A stretch of 64,000 bases of DNA, taken from NCBI GenBank assembly GCA_032250835.1, contig JAVVEA010000005.1:96001-160000 (forward strand), given 5' to 3'. Positions 36,193-46,470 of this stretch are shown here, one piece after another. Position 1 is the stretch's first letter. Every line of letters starts with the position of its first letter. The notes under the pieces are model-generated. The model ran no database searches. It worked only from the letters and a program-made list of their open reading frames with translations, and had not been told where the DNA came from. The stretch comes from a bacterium. Lineage in GTDB: Bacteria; SAR324; XYD2-FULL-50-16. Position numbers and translations under genes: made by a program.

Positions 36193-37134
36193 ATGAAAGC
36201 TATCTATCTGCGGTGTTTTACCTGCCTCTTATTGCTCTTGGCCCAACGGGCAGAGCTCTTCGCACACGCCCAACCCCAGGGCCTAGTTGAGCCCAATAGA
36301 AAATTCCAAGTGCTTCATTTGGACCGCCAAGAGGCCCAGCAGCTCAAGCAAGAGTTGAGCAGCCAGGGCCATCAAATCCTTGAAGGTCCTCAAGCCCAAG
36401 CGCTTTATGAAAAAAGCCTCTATGCCCAAGCAGGCCAGTGGGACGATGGCTACGCCCCCCAAGATTACCAAGAACCGGCCTACGCGCCTGAACCACAATA
36501 CCAAACAGGCGGGGTGGCTCGGTTAAACTGGTTCTCGTTCAATGTATTTGATGACGATAACTCCGCGGTGCTCTTCATCTTGATTGGACTGGTGGTGGTC
36601 TTTGCTTTTGTGTTTTATGCTGCCTATTATCTGGCGCGCCACGGCCTGTACGGCGACCGAGGCAAGGGCTGGTTTGAGTTCGGCGTTGGTGCTTGGGCCT
36701 TTGGCAACCAATCTGAAATTGGCCATATGTTAGCCACCCGGATCGGTCTGGGCCAGCAAGAGCAGGTTGTGGGATGGGGTCTGGGGGCCGAGGTGGGAAA
36801 TATCAATGCAACCTTGGATTTAGACCCCGAACAGAGCACGGGCGGACAAATCGACCTAGAGGGCAATTACCTAATCGCCGGTCCTCGCTTAACCTTTAAT
36901 ACCCGCAGCGGGTCCCGCTGGTTGATTGAATTAATGGCTGGAACCAGCGAGCACCCCGAAGTAAACCAAGTCGCCAAGGCACTGGTAGGTTATCGTTACC
37001 AGTCACGCCGAGGACCTTATATCGGTTGGAGCGTCGGCAGTTTGATGGTCAGCCTAAACAATCAACTAGGCTACGTCCGCAAACAAAACCCCTACAACGC
37101 CCTTTTTGGCTTGGAAATGGGCCTACATTTTTAA
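36193..37134 (+). CDS. Putative 8-stranded OM beta-barrel protein with internal hydrophobic helix, paralog 1
   Basis: QRAELFA signal-like N-terminus, AVLFILIGLVVVFAFVFYAAYYL helix, amphipathic strands, ends GLHF. Confidence 0.75.
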   Translation: MKAIYLRCFTCLLLLLAQRAELFAHAQPQGLVEPNRKFQVLHLDRQEAQQLKQELSSQGHQILEGPQAQALYEKSLYAQAGQWDDGYAPQDYQEPAYAPEPQYQTGGVARLNWFSFNVFDDDNSAVLFILIGLVVVFAFVFYAAYYLARHGLYGDRGKGWFEFGVGAWAFGNQSEIGHMLATRIGLGQQEQVVGWGLGAEVGNINATLDLDPEQSTGGQIDLEGNYLIAGPRLTFNTRSGSRWLIELMAGTSEHPEVNQVAKALVGYRYQSRRGPYIGWSVGSLMVSLNNQLGYVRKQNPYNALFGLEMGLHF

Positions 37135-37135
37135 G

Positions 37136-38077
37136 ATGCAGCCAAAGCACCGCCTCGTACTCCGCCAGTTGGTTTGGCTGGTCTTGATCTTGGTTTTCCA
37201 GCGTGCCGAGTTGTGGGCGAAGGCCCAGGCCGATGGCAGCCAGCTGGTGGTCTCCAAGGTTCAAACGCTCCAATTAGATACCCAGCAGGCCCGCCAACTG
37301 AGAATGGACCTGGAGGCCCAAGGGGCCCAGGTGATCGAAGGCCCACAGGCCCAGGCGCTTTATGACCGCCAACTATACGCCCAGGCGGGACAATGGGACA
37401 ATGGATACCCCCCAGAACGGGAGCAGAAGCGGGAGGCGCAAGCCAGGTCCAGTTCCGGAAACGGCTTTCCTGCGCCTAACTTGGGGTCCGGCGGAGGTGA
37501 TGGAGCGGCGGTTTTATTTGTCATCATCGGCTTGGTTGTGGTTTTCGCCTTTGTCTTTTATGCGGCCTATTACCTGGGACGCCAAGTTGTATACGGCAAT
37601 CAAAGCCGGGGCTGGGTCGAGCTAGGCCTGGGCGGTTGGGCTTTCGGCAACTCCACCGAGTCCGGAAATATGACGGCCCTACGTTTGGGGTTGGGCCAAG
37701 AGATTCGATCGAATGGCTGGGGACTGGCGGCAGAGATCGGCCAGATCGACGCCACGCTGGATTTAGACCCCGAGGAAAGCACCGGGGGGCAGATCGACCT
37801 AAAGGGGGCCTATGCCATCGTCGGTCCCCGCATCACCTTTGGCCACCGGGGCAACTCCCTCTGGTTGATGGAGCTAATGGCCGGTACGAGCGAACACCAA
37901 GAAGTGGAGGTGGTCGCCAAAGCCCTGATAGGATACCGATTCCAACCGCCAAGGGGCCTCTATTTCGGGTTTAGCCTGGGCAGCCTGATGGTGAGTTTAA
38001 AGAAAGACCTGGGGCTGGTGCGCCAGCAAAACCCCTACAACCTCTTGGGAGGCCTGGAAACGGGCGTCCACTTTTAA
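37136..38077 (+). CDS. Putative OM beta-barrel protein, paralog 2
   Basis: Same architecture; ends GVHF; ATG at 37136. Confidence 0.75.
   Translation: MQPKHRLVLRQLVWLVLILVFQRAELWAKAQADGSQLVVSKVQTLQLDTQQARQLRMDLEAQGAQVIEGPQAQALYDRQLYAQAGQWDNGYPPEREQKREAQARSSSGNGFPAPNLGSGGGDGAAVLFVIIGLVVVFAFVFYAAYYLGRQVVYGNQSRGWVELGLGGWAFGNSTESGNMTALRLGLGQEIRSNGWGLAAEIGQIDATLDLDPEESTGGQIDLKGAYAIVGPRITFGHRGNSLWLMELMAGTSEHQEVEVVAKALIGYRFQPPRGLYFGFSLGSLMVSLKKDLGLVRQQNPYNLLGGLETGVHF
37346..37384 (+). repeat. 39-bp near-identical repeat between paralogs 2 and 3 (second copy at 38290-38328)
   Basis: CAGGCCCAGGCGCTTT(A/T)TGACCGCCAACTATACGCCCAG, one mismatch. Confidence 0.85.
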
Positions 38078-38091
38078 CCTAGGGATACCCT

Positions 38092-39066
38092 ATGTCTCGC
38101 CCCTTTAGACAAATATTCTGGCTGCTCTTGATCTTGGTTTTCCAGCGCGCTGAGTTGTTCGCCAAGTCACAGCATGGAGCACAAACCGAGCCGGGGCCGC
38201 CCCGGCGGGTATTGCATCTGGACGCCTCAGAGGCGGCTAGCCTAAAGGCCGACCTAAGAGCGCAGGGGGTAGAAGTCCTGCCCGCAGCCCAGGCCCAGGC
38301 GCTTTTTGACCGCCAACTATACGCCCAGACCCCTCCGCGCCACAGCGATGACGCCAGCGCGGACCCAGAGCAAGACCGGCTAGAGTCCTACCGCAGCAAT
38401 GAGCGGCCCGCCCCGGCCTATCAGCCCGCCCCCAGGTTCAACTTCAATCTAGGCTTCCATTTCAACGGCCCCATCCGGGGCGGAAACGACGACGCGGTGG
38501 CTCTCTTTTTTGTGGTCGTCGGCTTGGTGGTGGTCTTTGCCTTTGTGGCCTATTCGGTAACCTATCTGTACCGCTATTTGGCCCATGGCTACCGAGGGCA
38601 AGGTTGGTTTGAGTTAGGCGTCGGGGCCTGGGGTTTTGCTAACGCCCAAGAATTTGGCGGGCTGAAGGCCGCAAGGATCGGGATGGGACTCAAAGAACGG
38701 GGGTTCTCGTGGGGCCTAGGAGCCGAGTTGGGCCGGATCGACGCCACCTTGAGTTTAGAACCCAAAGACCAAGCAAAAGACTTGGCCCTTTCGGGGGCCT
38801 ACGCCGCCGCCGGTCCGCGCCTCAACTACGCCACCGACTGGGGCCCCCAATGGACCCTGGAGTTTTTAGCGGGCACCAGCGAACACCCCGAGGTGCACCT
38901 CTTAGCCAAGGCTATGCTGGGCCTACGCTGGCGCTATGGTAGTGGGTTATATTTCGGCCTCAGCACCGGCAGCCTGATGGTCAGTCTCAAGAGCAACCTA
39001 GGCTATGTGCGCCAACAAAACCCCTACAACTGGCTGAGCGGAGCCGAGACAGGCTGGCGGTTTTAG
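38092..39066 (+). CDS. Putative OM beta-barrel protein, paralog 3
   Basis: Same architecture; ends GWRF. Confidence 0.75.
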   Translation: MSRPFRQIFWLLLILVFQRAELFAKSQHGAQTEPGPPRRVLHLDASEAASLKADLRAQGVEVLPAAQAQALFDRQLYAQTPPRHSDDASADPEQDRLESYRSNERPAPAYQPAPRFNFNLGFHFNGPIRGGNDDAVALFFVVVGLVVVFAFVAYSVTYLYRYLAHGYRGQGWFELGVGAWGFANAQEFGGLKAARIGMGLKERGFSWGLGAELGRIDATLSLEPKDQAKDLALSGAYAAAGPRLNYATDWGPQWTLEFLAGTSEHPEVHLLAKAMLGLRWRYGSGLYFGLSTGSLMVSLKSNLGYVRQQNPYNWLSGAETGWRF

Positions 39067-39072
39067 CGGCCT

Positions 39073-39612
39073 TTAGGGCTGGTTTTCGGAGTCTTGGTAG
39101 ACACGAGTGCCGGTGGCGCGGCGTTGGCCTTGATATTTGCCGTCGTAGGGGTTTTTGGCGGCTTGGTCCATTTCGGCCAAGACCAACTGACAGATGCGGC
39201 GGCCTGCCACCAAGCGGATGGGGACGTTGTTGGCGTTAAACAACTCTAAAGTGATTTCGCCTTCAAAGCCCGGATCGACCCAACCGGCATTTTGGATGAA
39301 CAAACCCATGCGCCCAATCGAACTGCGGCCTTCAACGAAGGCCGTCAGGTTGTTGGGCAGGCCGATGTATTCCATGGTAGTCGCCAAGATGAAGCTGTGC
39401 GGCGGCAAGATGATCTCTTCGCGCTCGATGGTCACATATTCAGGCGGCGTTTCTAGGTCGAGGTGGGTGACGTTGTTTTCGCTGATCTTTAAGAAGTGGG
39501 TACCCAAGCGCAAATCCACCGAGGCCGGTTGGATCTGGTGTTCCACTAAAGGGTCGATCTTCAACTCGCCCTTGTCGATCAGTTCTGCAATCTTGTGGTC
39601 AGATAGGATCAT
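39073..39612 (-). CDS. dcd: dCTP deaminase
   Basis: [48 protein letters not shown]. Confidence 0.95.
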   Translation of the reverse strand: MILSDHKIAELIDKGELKIDPLVEHQIQPASVDLRLGTHFLKISENNVTHLDLETPPEYVTIEREEIILPPHSFILATTMEYIGLPNNLTAFVEGRSSIGRMGLFIQNAGWVDPGFEGEITLELFNANNVPIRLVAGRRICQLVLAEMDQAAKNPYDGKYQGQRRATGTRVYQDSENQP

Positions 39613-39735
39613 GAGCCCAATTTCCCTTTACAAAGCACCAAAAAAAGCCAAACCTAACTGGCAAATCCGCAGGGCCGAACGCTTTGCGGTTTGGCCATCC
39701 TGTATGAAATTCCCCCAAAAGGCAAGCTTAGCTCC

Positions 39736-40911
39736 ATGACCCAACCTCTGCGTTTTAATTTGCACCAAACCGACCCCAGCGGCGCGCGCCGGGGTGAGAT
39801 CGTCACCGCCCGCGGAACGGTACAAACGCCCATCTTCATGCCCGTCGGCACCGCTGCGGCGATGAAGGCACTGACCCCCGCCCAGCTTAAAGACTGCGGG
39901 GCTCAGATTGTCTTATCCAACGCCTACCACCTAGAAAACCAACCGGGCAGTGAGCTGATCGAAAAGCTCGGCGGCCTGCATGAGTTCATGAAGTGGGACG
40001 GGCCCATGCTGACCGATTCGGGCGGTTATCAGGTCTTTAGCCTCAAGAAAAAGACGGTCGAAGAAGAAGGGGTGACCTTTGCCTACGCCCTTGAAGGTAA
40101 GCCCGTGCGCCTCAGCCCCGAGATCAGCATGATGATCCAAAACCGGCTGGGTGCGGACATCATCATGGCCTTTGATGAATGTGTCGAATTCCCGACCACC
40201 TATGGCTACGCCAAGGAATCCCTGGAGCGCACCCTACGTTGGGCCAAGCGCAGCAAAGAGGCCCACAACAACCCCGCCCAAGCGCTCTTCGGCATCAGCC
40301 AAGGAGCCCTGTGGGAAGACCTGCGCCAGCGCAGCATGGAAGGCCTGATTGAACTAGACTTTCCGGGTTATGCCATCGGCGGGCTTTCGGTCGGCGAGGG
40401 GCTGGAACACATGAAAAATGCGCTGGACTTCACCACGCCGTTGATGCCCGCAGACAAGCCCCGCTACCTGATGGGTATTGGTCTGCCTGAGGACATCTTA
40501 GAAGCCGTAGAACGCGGCATCGACATGATGGACTGCGTGATCCCCACCAAGTTCGCCCGTAGCGGCGTCTTGTTCACCCACGTAGGCCGCCTCCGGGTGA
40601 CCAACGGTGAATTCCGGCGCGACAAGTTCCCGGTGGACACCAATTGTGAATGTTATTGCTGCCAAAACTTCAGCCGTGCCTACCTGCACCACCTCTTTGC
40701 GGCCAACGAGATCTTAGGGGCGACCTTGACCTCGATCCACAACGTCCATTTTTACATGACCCTTTCTACCAAAATGCAGCAGGCCATCGAGCAAGGGCGC
40801 TTCGGAGCCTTTAAGGCCGACTTCTTAGAGACCTACCAGCGGGCCGAAAAGAAGCAAGCCGCCAAGGGCTCGAGGCCCAAGCCCATCTCGGGCAAGCGGA
40901 AGAAAAAATAA
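39736..40911 (+). CDS. tgt: tRNA-guanine transglycosylase
   Basis: TPIFMPVGT, LTDSGGYQVFSL, DIIMAFDEC, GGLSVGE, PRYLMG, CECYCC...H zinc site. Confidence 0.96.
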   Translation: MTQPLRFNLHQTDPSGARRGEIVTARGTVQTPIFMPVGTAAAMKALTPAQLKDCGAQIVLSNAYHLENQPGSELIEKLGGLHEFMKWDGPMLTDSGGYQVFSLKKKTVEEEGVTFAYALEGKPVRLSPEISMMIQNRLGADIIMAFDECVEFPTTYGYAKESLERTLRWAKRSKEAHNNPAQALFGISQGALWEDLRQRSMEGLIELDFPGYAIGGLSVGEGLEHMKNALDFTTPLMPADKPRYLMGIGLPEDILEAVERGIDMMDCVIPTKFARSGVLFTHVGRLRVTNGEFRRDKFPVDTNCECYCCQNFSRAYLHHLFAANEILGATLTSIHNVHFYMTLSTKMQQAIEQGRFGAFKADFLETYQRAEKKQAAKGSRPKPISGKRKKK

Positions 40912-43025
40912 TGAAGCTCGACCCCGCCAACCTATTCCGGCTCCTCAAGAATCACCCAGGGGGCCTAAACAGCAAAGAAATCCTGACCCAAATGGGTCAG
41001 AAGCAAAAGATGAAGGCCCAACTGCGCAAAATACTGCGCCATATGGCCCAGGAGGGTTGGGTTTTTAAAGACAACAGCCGCTACCAACTCACCGACCAGG
41101 GGAAAGAGGCCTCCGGGGCCTTTGCCGCAGCGTCAGAAAAGAAAAGGGAAAAGGAAAAACCAACCGCCAAGCGACGCATCCAGGAGGCTTTTTTCAAGGC
41201 CCAAGGCAGCTACCTCTTGGCGCGCGGCACCGGCCAGCGCTTGGAGTTGGCCCCCAGTTCGGAGCGTGAGTTCTTGACCGGCGACTTGGTGGGCTTTGAA
41301 GAAACCCCGCAAGGGGCGAAGATCAACCGCTTTATCGAACGCAGCATCGAGCAAATCAAAGGGCGGCTGCGTTTTGAAGGTGAACAGCTTTTCTTCGACC
41401 CCCTCAGCGCCGACTTCCCCAAGGGCTTTAAGGCCAGCGGCCTCAAGCCGACCGAAAAGCTCGACGGCCAAAAAGCCATGGGCAAGGTCTTGGCCTTTCC
41501 CGACGCGCGGGTCCGCATCGAAGGGTTGATTTCAAAAGACGAAAACGATAAAGCCGCCTACCGCAGCATCCAGATCCAAAACCAAATCCCCTTTGAATTC
41601 CCCCAAGCAGTCGTCGAGCAAGCCCGCTCCTTTGGGACCGAGCCAAGCCCGAGCCCAAACCGGACCGACCTGCGCGACCTACCCATTGTGACCATCGACG
41701 GAGCCGACGCCAAGGACTTTGACGACGCCATCTGTGGTGAAGAAACGCCGGACGGCGATTTCCGCCTTTGGGTCAGTATTGCCGACGTGGCCGAATACGT
41801 GACCCTCAAGAGCGACCTAGACAAAGAAGCCGCCCAGCGCGGCACCAGCGTCTATATGCCCGGCACGGTGGTGCCGATGCTGCCCGAGGAGTTATCCAAC
41901 GGGCTGTGTAGCCTCAACCCCGAGGTCAACCGCTTAACCTTGACCGCCGAGATGCTCTTAGGCCCCAAAGGCGAAGTCAAGGATTGCAAAATCTATGAGT
42001 CCACCATCAAATCCCGCGCCCGCCTGACATACGGCGAGGTGGACCAGCTGTTTGAGACGGGAAGCTGGGACAAGGATGCGGTCTTAACCGAAAAGCTGAT
42101 GCTCTACCGCAAGTGGGCGCTGATCTTACGGGGCAAGCGTGAAAAGCGCGGGGCCATTGCCTTTTCACTGCCTGAAGCGGTTTTTGACTTTGCGCCGACC
42201 GGAGAGGTGACCGGTATCCACCAATCCTTCCAAAGCGAGGCCCAGAAACTGATCGAGCAGTTTATGTTAGAGGCCAACGAAAATGTGGGCCATTTCTGTG
42301 AGAAACAAAAGCTACCGATCCTTTGGCGTAACCACCCGCCCCCGCTGCCGGCCAAACAGGAACTACTCAAAAGCCTGTTGTGGAACCTAAACATCCGCGT
42401 GCCCTTCTTGCAGCGCGGAAAGGACTACAACGAGGTTTTGGCCCAAGCCCATGACAACCCCAACCGCATCTTTGTGGAAAACGCCCTGCTGCGCTCCATG
42501 TCGCTGGCTAACTATGGAGCCAAGCGCGAGGGCCACTTTGGTTTGGCGGCGACCCATTACCTGCACTTCACTTCGCCTATAAGGCGCTACCCGGACCTAG
42601 TGGTCCACCGCGCCCTGAAGGCCCATTTGGCGGGAGAAAAGCCCCCCGCACTGGCCCGCTTTTTAGGCGAAACGACCAGCGAACGGGAACGCCTGGCTAA
42701 GCAGGCCGAGCGCGACGGGGTCAAGCTCAAGCGGATGGTCTATATGTCCGGCTTTATCGGGCAAGACTATAAGGCACGCATCACCGGCTTGAACCGAGCG
42801 GGCATCTACTGCGAAGTCGCCGAACCCTATGTAGAAGGATTCATCCCCTTTAAAGGCTTGGTGGATGACCACTATGATTGGGACGACCAGATCCAACGGG
42901 CCCTAGGCAAGCGCAGCCACCGTAGTTTGGCCATCGGTCAGGAATTGCAGGTCCTTTTAACGGGCTTGCAGTTGGACTATAAGTCGCTGAATTTTGCTTG
43001 GATTGCCTGGATTGACCCGGCCTGA
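40911..43025 (+). CDS. rnr: Ribonuclease R (RNB family)
   Basis: TIDGADAKDFDDA, RGTSVY, LCSLNP, HFGLA...YLHFTSPIRRYPDL; N-terminal HTH, C-terminal S1. Confidence 0.9.
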   Translation: MKLDPANLFRLLKNHPGGLNSKEILTQMGQKQKMKAQLRKILRHMAQEGWVFKDNSRYQLTDQGKEASGAFAAASEKKREKEKPTAKRRIQEAFFKAQGSYLLARGTGQRLELAPSSEREFLTGDLVGFEETPQGAKINRFIERSIEQIKGRLRFEGEQLFFDPLSADFPKGFKASGLKPTEKLDGQKAMGKVLAFPDARVRIEGLISKDENDKAAYRSIQIQNQIPFEFPQAVVEQARSFGTEPSPSPNRTDLRDLPIVTIDGADAKDFDDAICGEETPDGDFRLWVSIADVAEYVTLKSDLDKEAAQRGTSVYMPGTVVPMLPEELSNGLCSLNPEVNRLTLTAEMLLGPKGEVKDCKIYESTIKSRARLTYGEVDQLFETGSWDKDAVLTEKLMLYRKWALILRGKREKRGAIAFSLPEAVFDFAPTGEVTGIHQSFQSEAQKLIEQFMLEANENVGHFCEKQKLPILWRNHPPPLPAKQELLKSLLWNLNIRVPFLQRGKDYNEVLAQAHDNPNRIFVENALLRSMSLANYGAKREGHFGLAATHYLHFTSPIRRYPDLVVHRALKAHLAGEKPPALARFLGETTSERERLAKQAERDGVKLKRMVYMSGFIGQDYKARITGLNRAGIYCEVAEPYVEGFIPFKGLVDDHYDWDDQIQRALGKRSHRSLAIGQELQVLLTGLQLDYKSLNFAWIAWIDPA

Positions 43026-43130
43026 GGCCGCTCGACCCTGGCCTAGTAAGATTCCAGCAAATTAGCTTATCATATCGGCCAGGATCGGATACCCTAGGGG
43101 GACATTTGACCCCAACTAGGAGCTATCCAA

Positions 43131-43505
43131 ATGACTCAGAAAATTGCCTTCGGGGCCCGCGTGATCATGGGCCTGATCTTTGTGGTTTTTGGCCTAAACG
43201 GCTTCCTCAACTTCATGCCCACCCCACCGTTAACGCCCCCGGCGGCGGCCTTTTTAAACGCCATGATGGCCACCGGCTATATTTTGCCGATGGTTAAGGC
43301 GACTGAGATCATCGGGGGCGCGATGCTGCTAAGCGGCGGACTGGCCCCCTTGGGCTTGGTCTTTTTGGCTCCGGTGATCGTTAACATCCTGGCCTTCCAT
43401 CTCTTCTTGGACCCGGCGGGCCTGCCTATGGCTACGGTATTGACGCTCTTAGAAGCCTTTTTGGCCTTCGCCTATTTTGGCCGCTTCCGCAGTTTATTCG
43501 GCTAG
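43131..43505 (+). CDS. DoxX-family membrane protein
   Basis: R..MGLIFVVFGLNGF, EIIGG..LL, APVIVNILAFHL. Confidence 0.88.
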   Translation: MTQKIAFGARVIMGLIFVVFGLNGFLNFMPTPPLTPPAAAFLNAMMATGYILPMVKATEIIGGAMLLSGGLAPLGLVFLAPVIVNILAFHLFLDPAGLPMATVLTLLEAFLAFAYFGRFRSLFG

Positions 43506-43821
43506 GGTCTTGGGGCTGAACCGGCAAGGAGCAACCCCGCAAGGGGCATAAAGCCTGTGCTGGCCCTGCCCTAAAATAAACTGAAGCTACCCTTACCCCC
43601 TAGGACCTTGTGAATTGGGTTAACCCGGTAGCCTTCGGATGCGTTGGACGTTAAAGACCTGATAGACCTTGAGTTTCACCAAGCGCAGCCGAACAGAACC
43701 AATGCCTCCTTGGGTATTTTGTTCCGCCGGAGCCTGGACCTTGTCATTCGGAAGACCGCCTGATAAAATATTGTTGTGGCAGGCAAACAAATCACTGCTT
43801 CGCACAAGTTTTACAGGATGA

Positions 43822-44430
43822 ATGATTGACCTAATCGCCACCTTTATCATTTTCTTTTCTGTTATTGACCCCATTGGGTCAGTACCAGTTTTCATTGCCG
43901 TTACCGCCAAGCACAGCGAAGAAGAACGGACCAAAATAGCGCTTCTGTCTACCCTAATTTCAGCAGCTATTCTTTTGGTCTTCATTGTCGCTGGGGAAAT
44001 TATTTTAAAGGCCATGAAAATTCCGCTTTCTAGCTATCAAACAGCTGGCGGGATTATTTTGTTTTTATTTGCTCTATCGATGATTTTTGGTGAAAGTAAA
44101 CCAGAAGAAGAGGTTAACCTAGCTAAGAAGTATCAAGATACGGCTGTTTTTCCTTTAGCTGTTCCCTCCATAGCTGGCCCAGGTGCCATGTTAACGGTGG
44201 TTCTATTGACGGAACATTCTCGTTTCAGCTTTTGGGAGCAAGCACAAACAGCGGCCGTAATGCTGTTTGTCTTACTTTTAACCTACTTATGTATGTTAGG
44301 TGCCAAGTGGATCAACCGAATCATCGGTAGCACCGGAGCCAGTATCATCAGCCGCGTCTTGGGGTTAATTTTAGCCTCCGCTGCAGTCGCCCATACCTTG
44401 GCGGGTATTAAAGCCTATTTTGAACTCTAG
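43822..44430 (+). CDS. MarC-family integral membrane protein
   Basis: VIDPIG.VP.F, AGGIILFL.A..M, AVFPLA.P.IAGPGA, SRVLGLIL. Confidence 0.93.
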   Translation: MIDLIATFIIFFSVIDPIGSVPVFIAVTAKHSEEERTKIALLSTLISAAILLVFIVAGEIILKAMKIPLSSYQTAGGIILFLFALSMIFGESKPEEEVNLAKKYQDTAVFPLAVPSIAGPGAMLTVVLLTEHSRFSFWEQAQTAAVMLFVLLLTYLCMLGAKWINRIIGSTGASIISRVLGLILASAAVAHTLAGIKAYFEL

Positions 44431-44508
44431 CCCCCGCAAAACAGGCAAGTTCGCCCAAGAATAGGGGAATTTGACGGATACACCTCTTTAAAAAACCATG
44501 GAGAAGCC

Positions 44509-45582
44509 GTGTTCATTGACGTCGCAATGTTGTTAGGTGGGCTGGCGTTATTGGTTTTTGGAGCCGATTTGCTTGTGAAAGGGGCTTCTGGAATTGCCCA
44601 TCGTTTTGGGGTGCCCCCTTTAGTGATCGGCTTAACGATTGTCGCCTTCGGTACTAGCGCGCCCGAGGCTTCCGTGGGCATCCAGTCCGCCTTATTGGGG
44701 CAGGCAGGGATTACCACCGGAAACGTAATTGGCTCCAATTTATTTAATACCCTGGCTATTTTGGGTGTAGCGGCACTGTTAGTCCCTCTGGTGGTATCGG
44801 CCCAGATCATCCGCAAAGAAGTCCCTGTAATGATAGCGGCTACCCTTTTAGTGCTGCTATTAGGCCGTGACGGGTATTATGGATGGTGGGATAGTTTGCT
44901 GCTCGTCAGCCTCTTGGTAGGTTATACCCTCTGGACGATCACTGAGGCGAACAGAGAAAGCGCCAAATCCAGTCAGCCCAAGGAAAAAATCAACTCCAAG
45001 GGGCCCTTAATCTTGTTGCTATTTACTTCCAGCGGGTTAGGTTTGCTGGTTCTAGGCGCTAATGGGTTAGTCACGGGCGCTTCTACTATTGCGAGTGCCT
45101 TAGGGGTTGATGAAGTAGTGATCGGCTTAACGATCGTCGCGATGGGTACCTCGCTTCCCGAAGCGGCTACCTCAGTGGTGGCGACCTTAAAGGGAGAGCG
45201 GGATTTAGCGGTAGGTAACGTGATTGGTTCAAATATTTTTAACTTAACCGGCGTGTTGGGACTGTCGGGCTTGGTAGCACCTCAGGCTATCCCAGTACCC
45301 ACCAGCATCCAATCATATGATATTTGGGTCCTTTTAATGGCAACCTTGCTCTGCCTGCCGGTTTTTATTTCCGGTGCCGAGATCTCTCGGCGCGAGGGAC
45401 TTTTGTTTTTGTTTTTTTACTTGGTTTATATGCTTGATTTGGTTTCCGAGGCCACCGGCAATCCTCTGCATTCCCAGTTAAGAAATTTTGAACTGTTTGT
45501 GCTTTTTCCTTTGGTCGTGATAGCTGTGGCTCTAGAGTCCTGGTTCCTATACCGGAAAAAAAACTTGTCGAATAATAGCTAG
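44509..45582 (+). CDS. Calcium/sodium antiporter (YrbG/CaCA family)
   Basis: Two alpha repeats: GTSAPE...GNVIGSN and GTSLPE...GNVIGSN. Confidence 0.93.
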   Translation: MFIDVAMLLGGLALLVFGADLLVKGASGIAHRFGVPPLVIGLTIVAFGTSAPEASVGIQSALLGQAGITTGNVIGSNLFNTLAILGVAALLVPLVVSAQIIRKEVPVMIAATLLVLLLGRDGYYGWWDSLLLVSLLVGYTLWTITEANRESAKSSQPKEKINSKGPLILLLFTSSGLGLLVLGANGLVTGASTIASALGVDEVVIGLTIVAMGTSLPEAATSVVATLKGERDLAVGNVIGSNIFNLTGVLGLSGLVAPQAIPVPTSIQSYDIWVLLMATLLCLPVFISGAEISRREGLLFLFFYLVYMLDLVSEATGNPLHSQLRNFELFVLFPLVVIAVALESWFLYRKKNLSNNS

Positions 45583-45824
45583 CGAATAACCTGATGGTGA
45601 GCAGCGATAGACACCAATGCGTAGATTAAAAAAAACCTAACTAGCAAACCTGAAATTAGGCTAAGCGATATTAGGCCGCCTTCATTCAAAAACCCTTTTT
45701 TTTGGGGGGGCATGGAGTCTCTGGTCGAACAGGCTAAAATCTATTCCCAGCACTTGCTCGCCCCCAATCAATTTGGACCACAGCCTAGCTCCATCGCAGG
45801 CCAAACAATATTGAGGTTTTTCCT

Positions 45825-46412
45825 ATGACCGACATCAAATTTGACCCCAAAAAGCTGGCCAAGCTCAACAACCCAGAGCGCCTAAAGGCCCAAGACCCCG
45901 ATAAATATTGGGACCAATTGGATTTACCGGAAAATCCGGTGATCGTTGATCTAGGCTGCGGGACCGGCTTTTTTAGTGTGGAGTTTTTGCGCCGAGCGAA
46001 AGGGCCGAACGCCCAAGTTTTCGGCTTGGACATTGCCCAAATCATGCTCGATTGGATCGCGGAAAACCGGGCCGAGTACCAGGAGGGGCGTCTGGTCACC
46101 GGATTGATGCAAGAAGCCAACATCCCGCTTGAAGACGACTTAGCCGACTTGCTGGTGATGATCAACCTCCACCACGAGCTGCACCGCCCCACCCCGCTGC
46201 TAGAAGAGTGCTTCCGGGTGCTCAAAGAGGGCGCAAAAATCTTGATCATCGACTGGAAACCGACCGAAATGCCCCAAGGTCCGCCGCTAAAAATCCGCGT
46301 GGCCCCCGAGAAAGTAGTCGAGCAACTGACCCACAGCGGCTTTGAACAGGCCCGTGACTTACAACTCTACGAAAATTTTTATGCGGTGTTGGCTCTTAAG
46401 CCTGAGGCTTGA
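45825..46412 (+). CDS. Class I SAM-dependent methyltransferase
   Basis: VDLGCGTG, GLDI, NLHHE, RVLKEG.KI.IIDW. Confidence 0.9.
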   Translation: MTDIKFDPKKLAKLNNPERLKAQDPDKYWDQLDLPENPVIVDLGCGTGFFSVEFLRRAKGPNAQVFGLDIAQIMLDWIAENRAEYQEGRLVTGLMQEANIPLEDDLADLLVMINLHHELHRPTPLLEECFRVLKEGAKILIIDWKPTEMPQGPPLKIRVAPEKVVEQLTHSGFEQARDLQLYENFYAVLALKPEA

Positions 46413-46470
46413 AAAAAGATCACCACTCCGCTAGATTCAAGGGGCAAACCACCAACCGTCAAAGGCGCCT

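Noticed and set aside
43620-43690. Minus-strand peptide VKLKVYQVFNVQRIRRLP resembling an ArdC motif at the islet edge
   Set aside because: Too short to separate from chance without a search; the ORF is largely antisense to marC.
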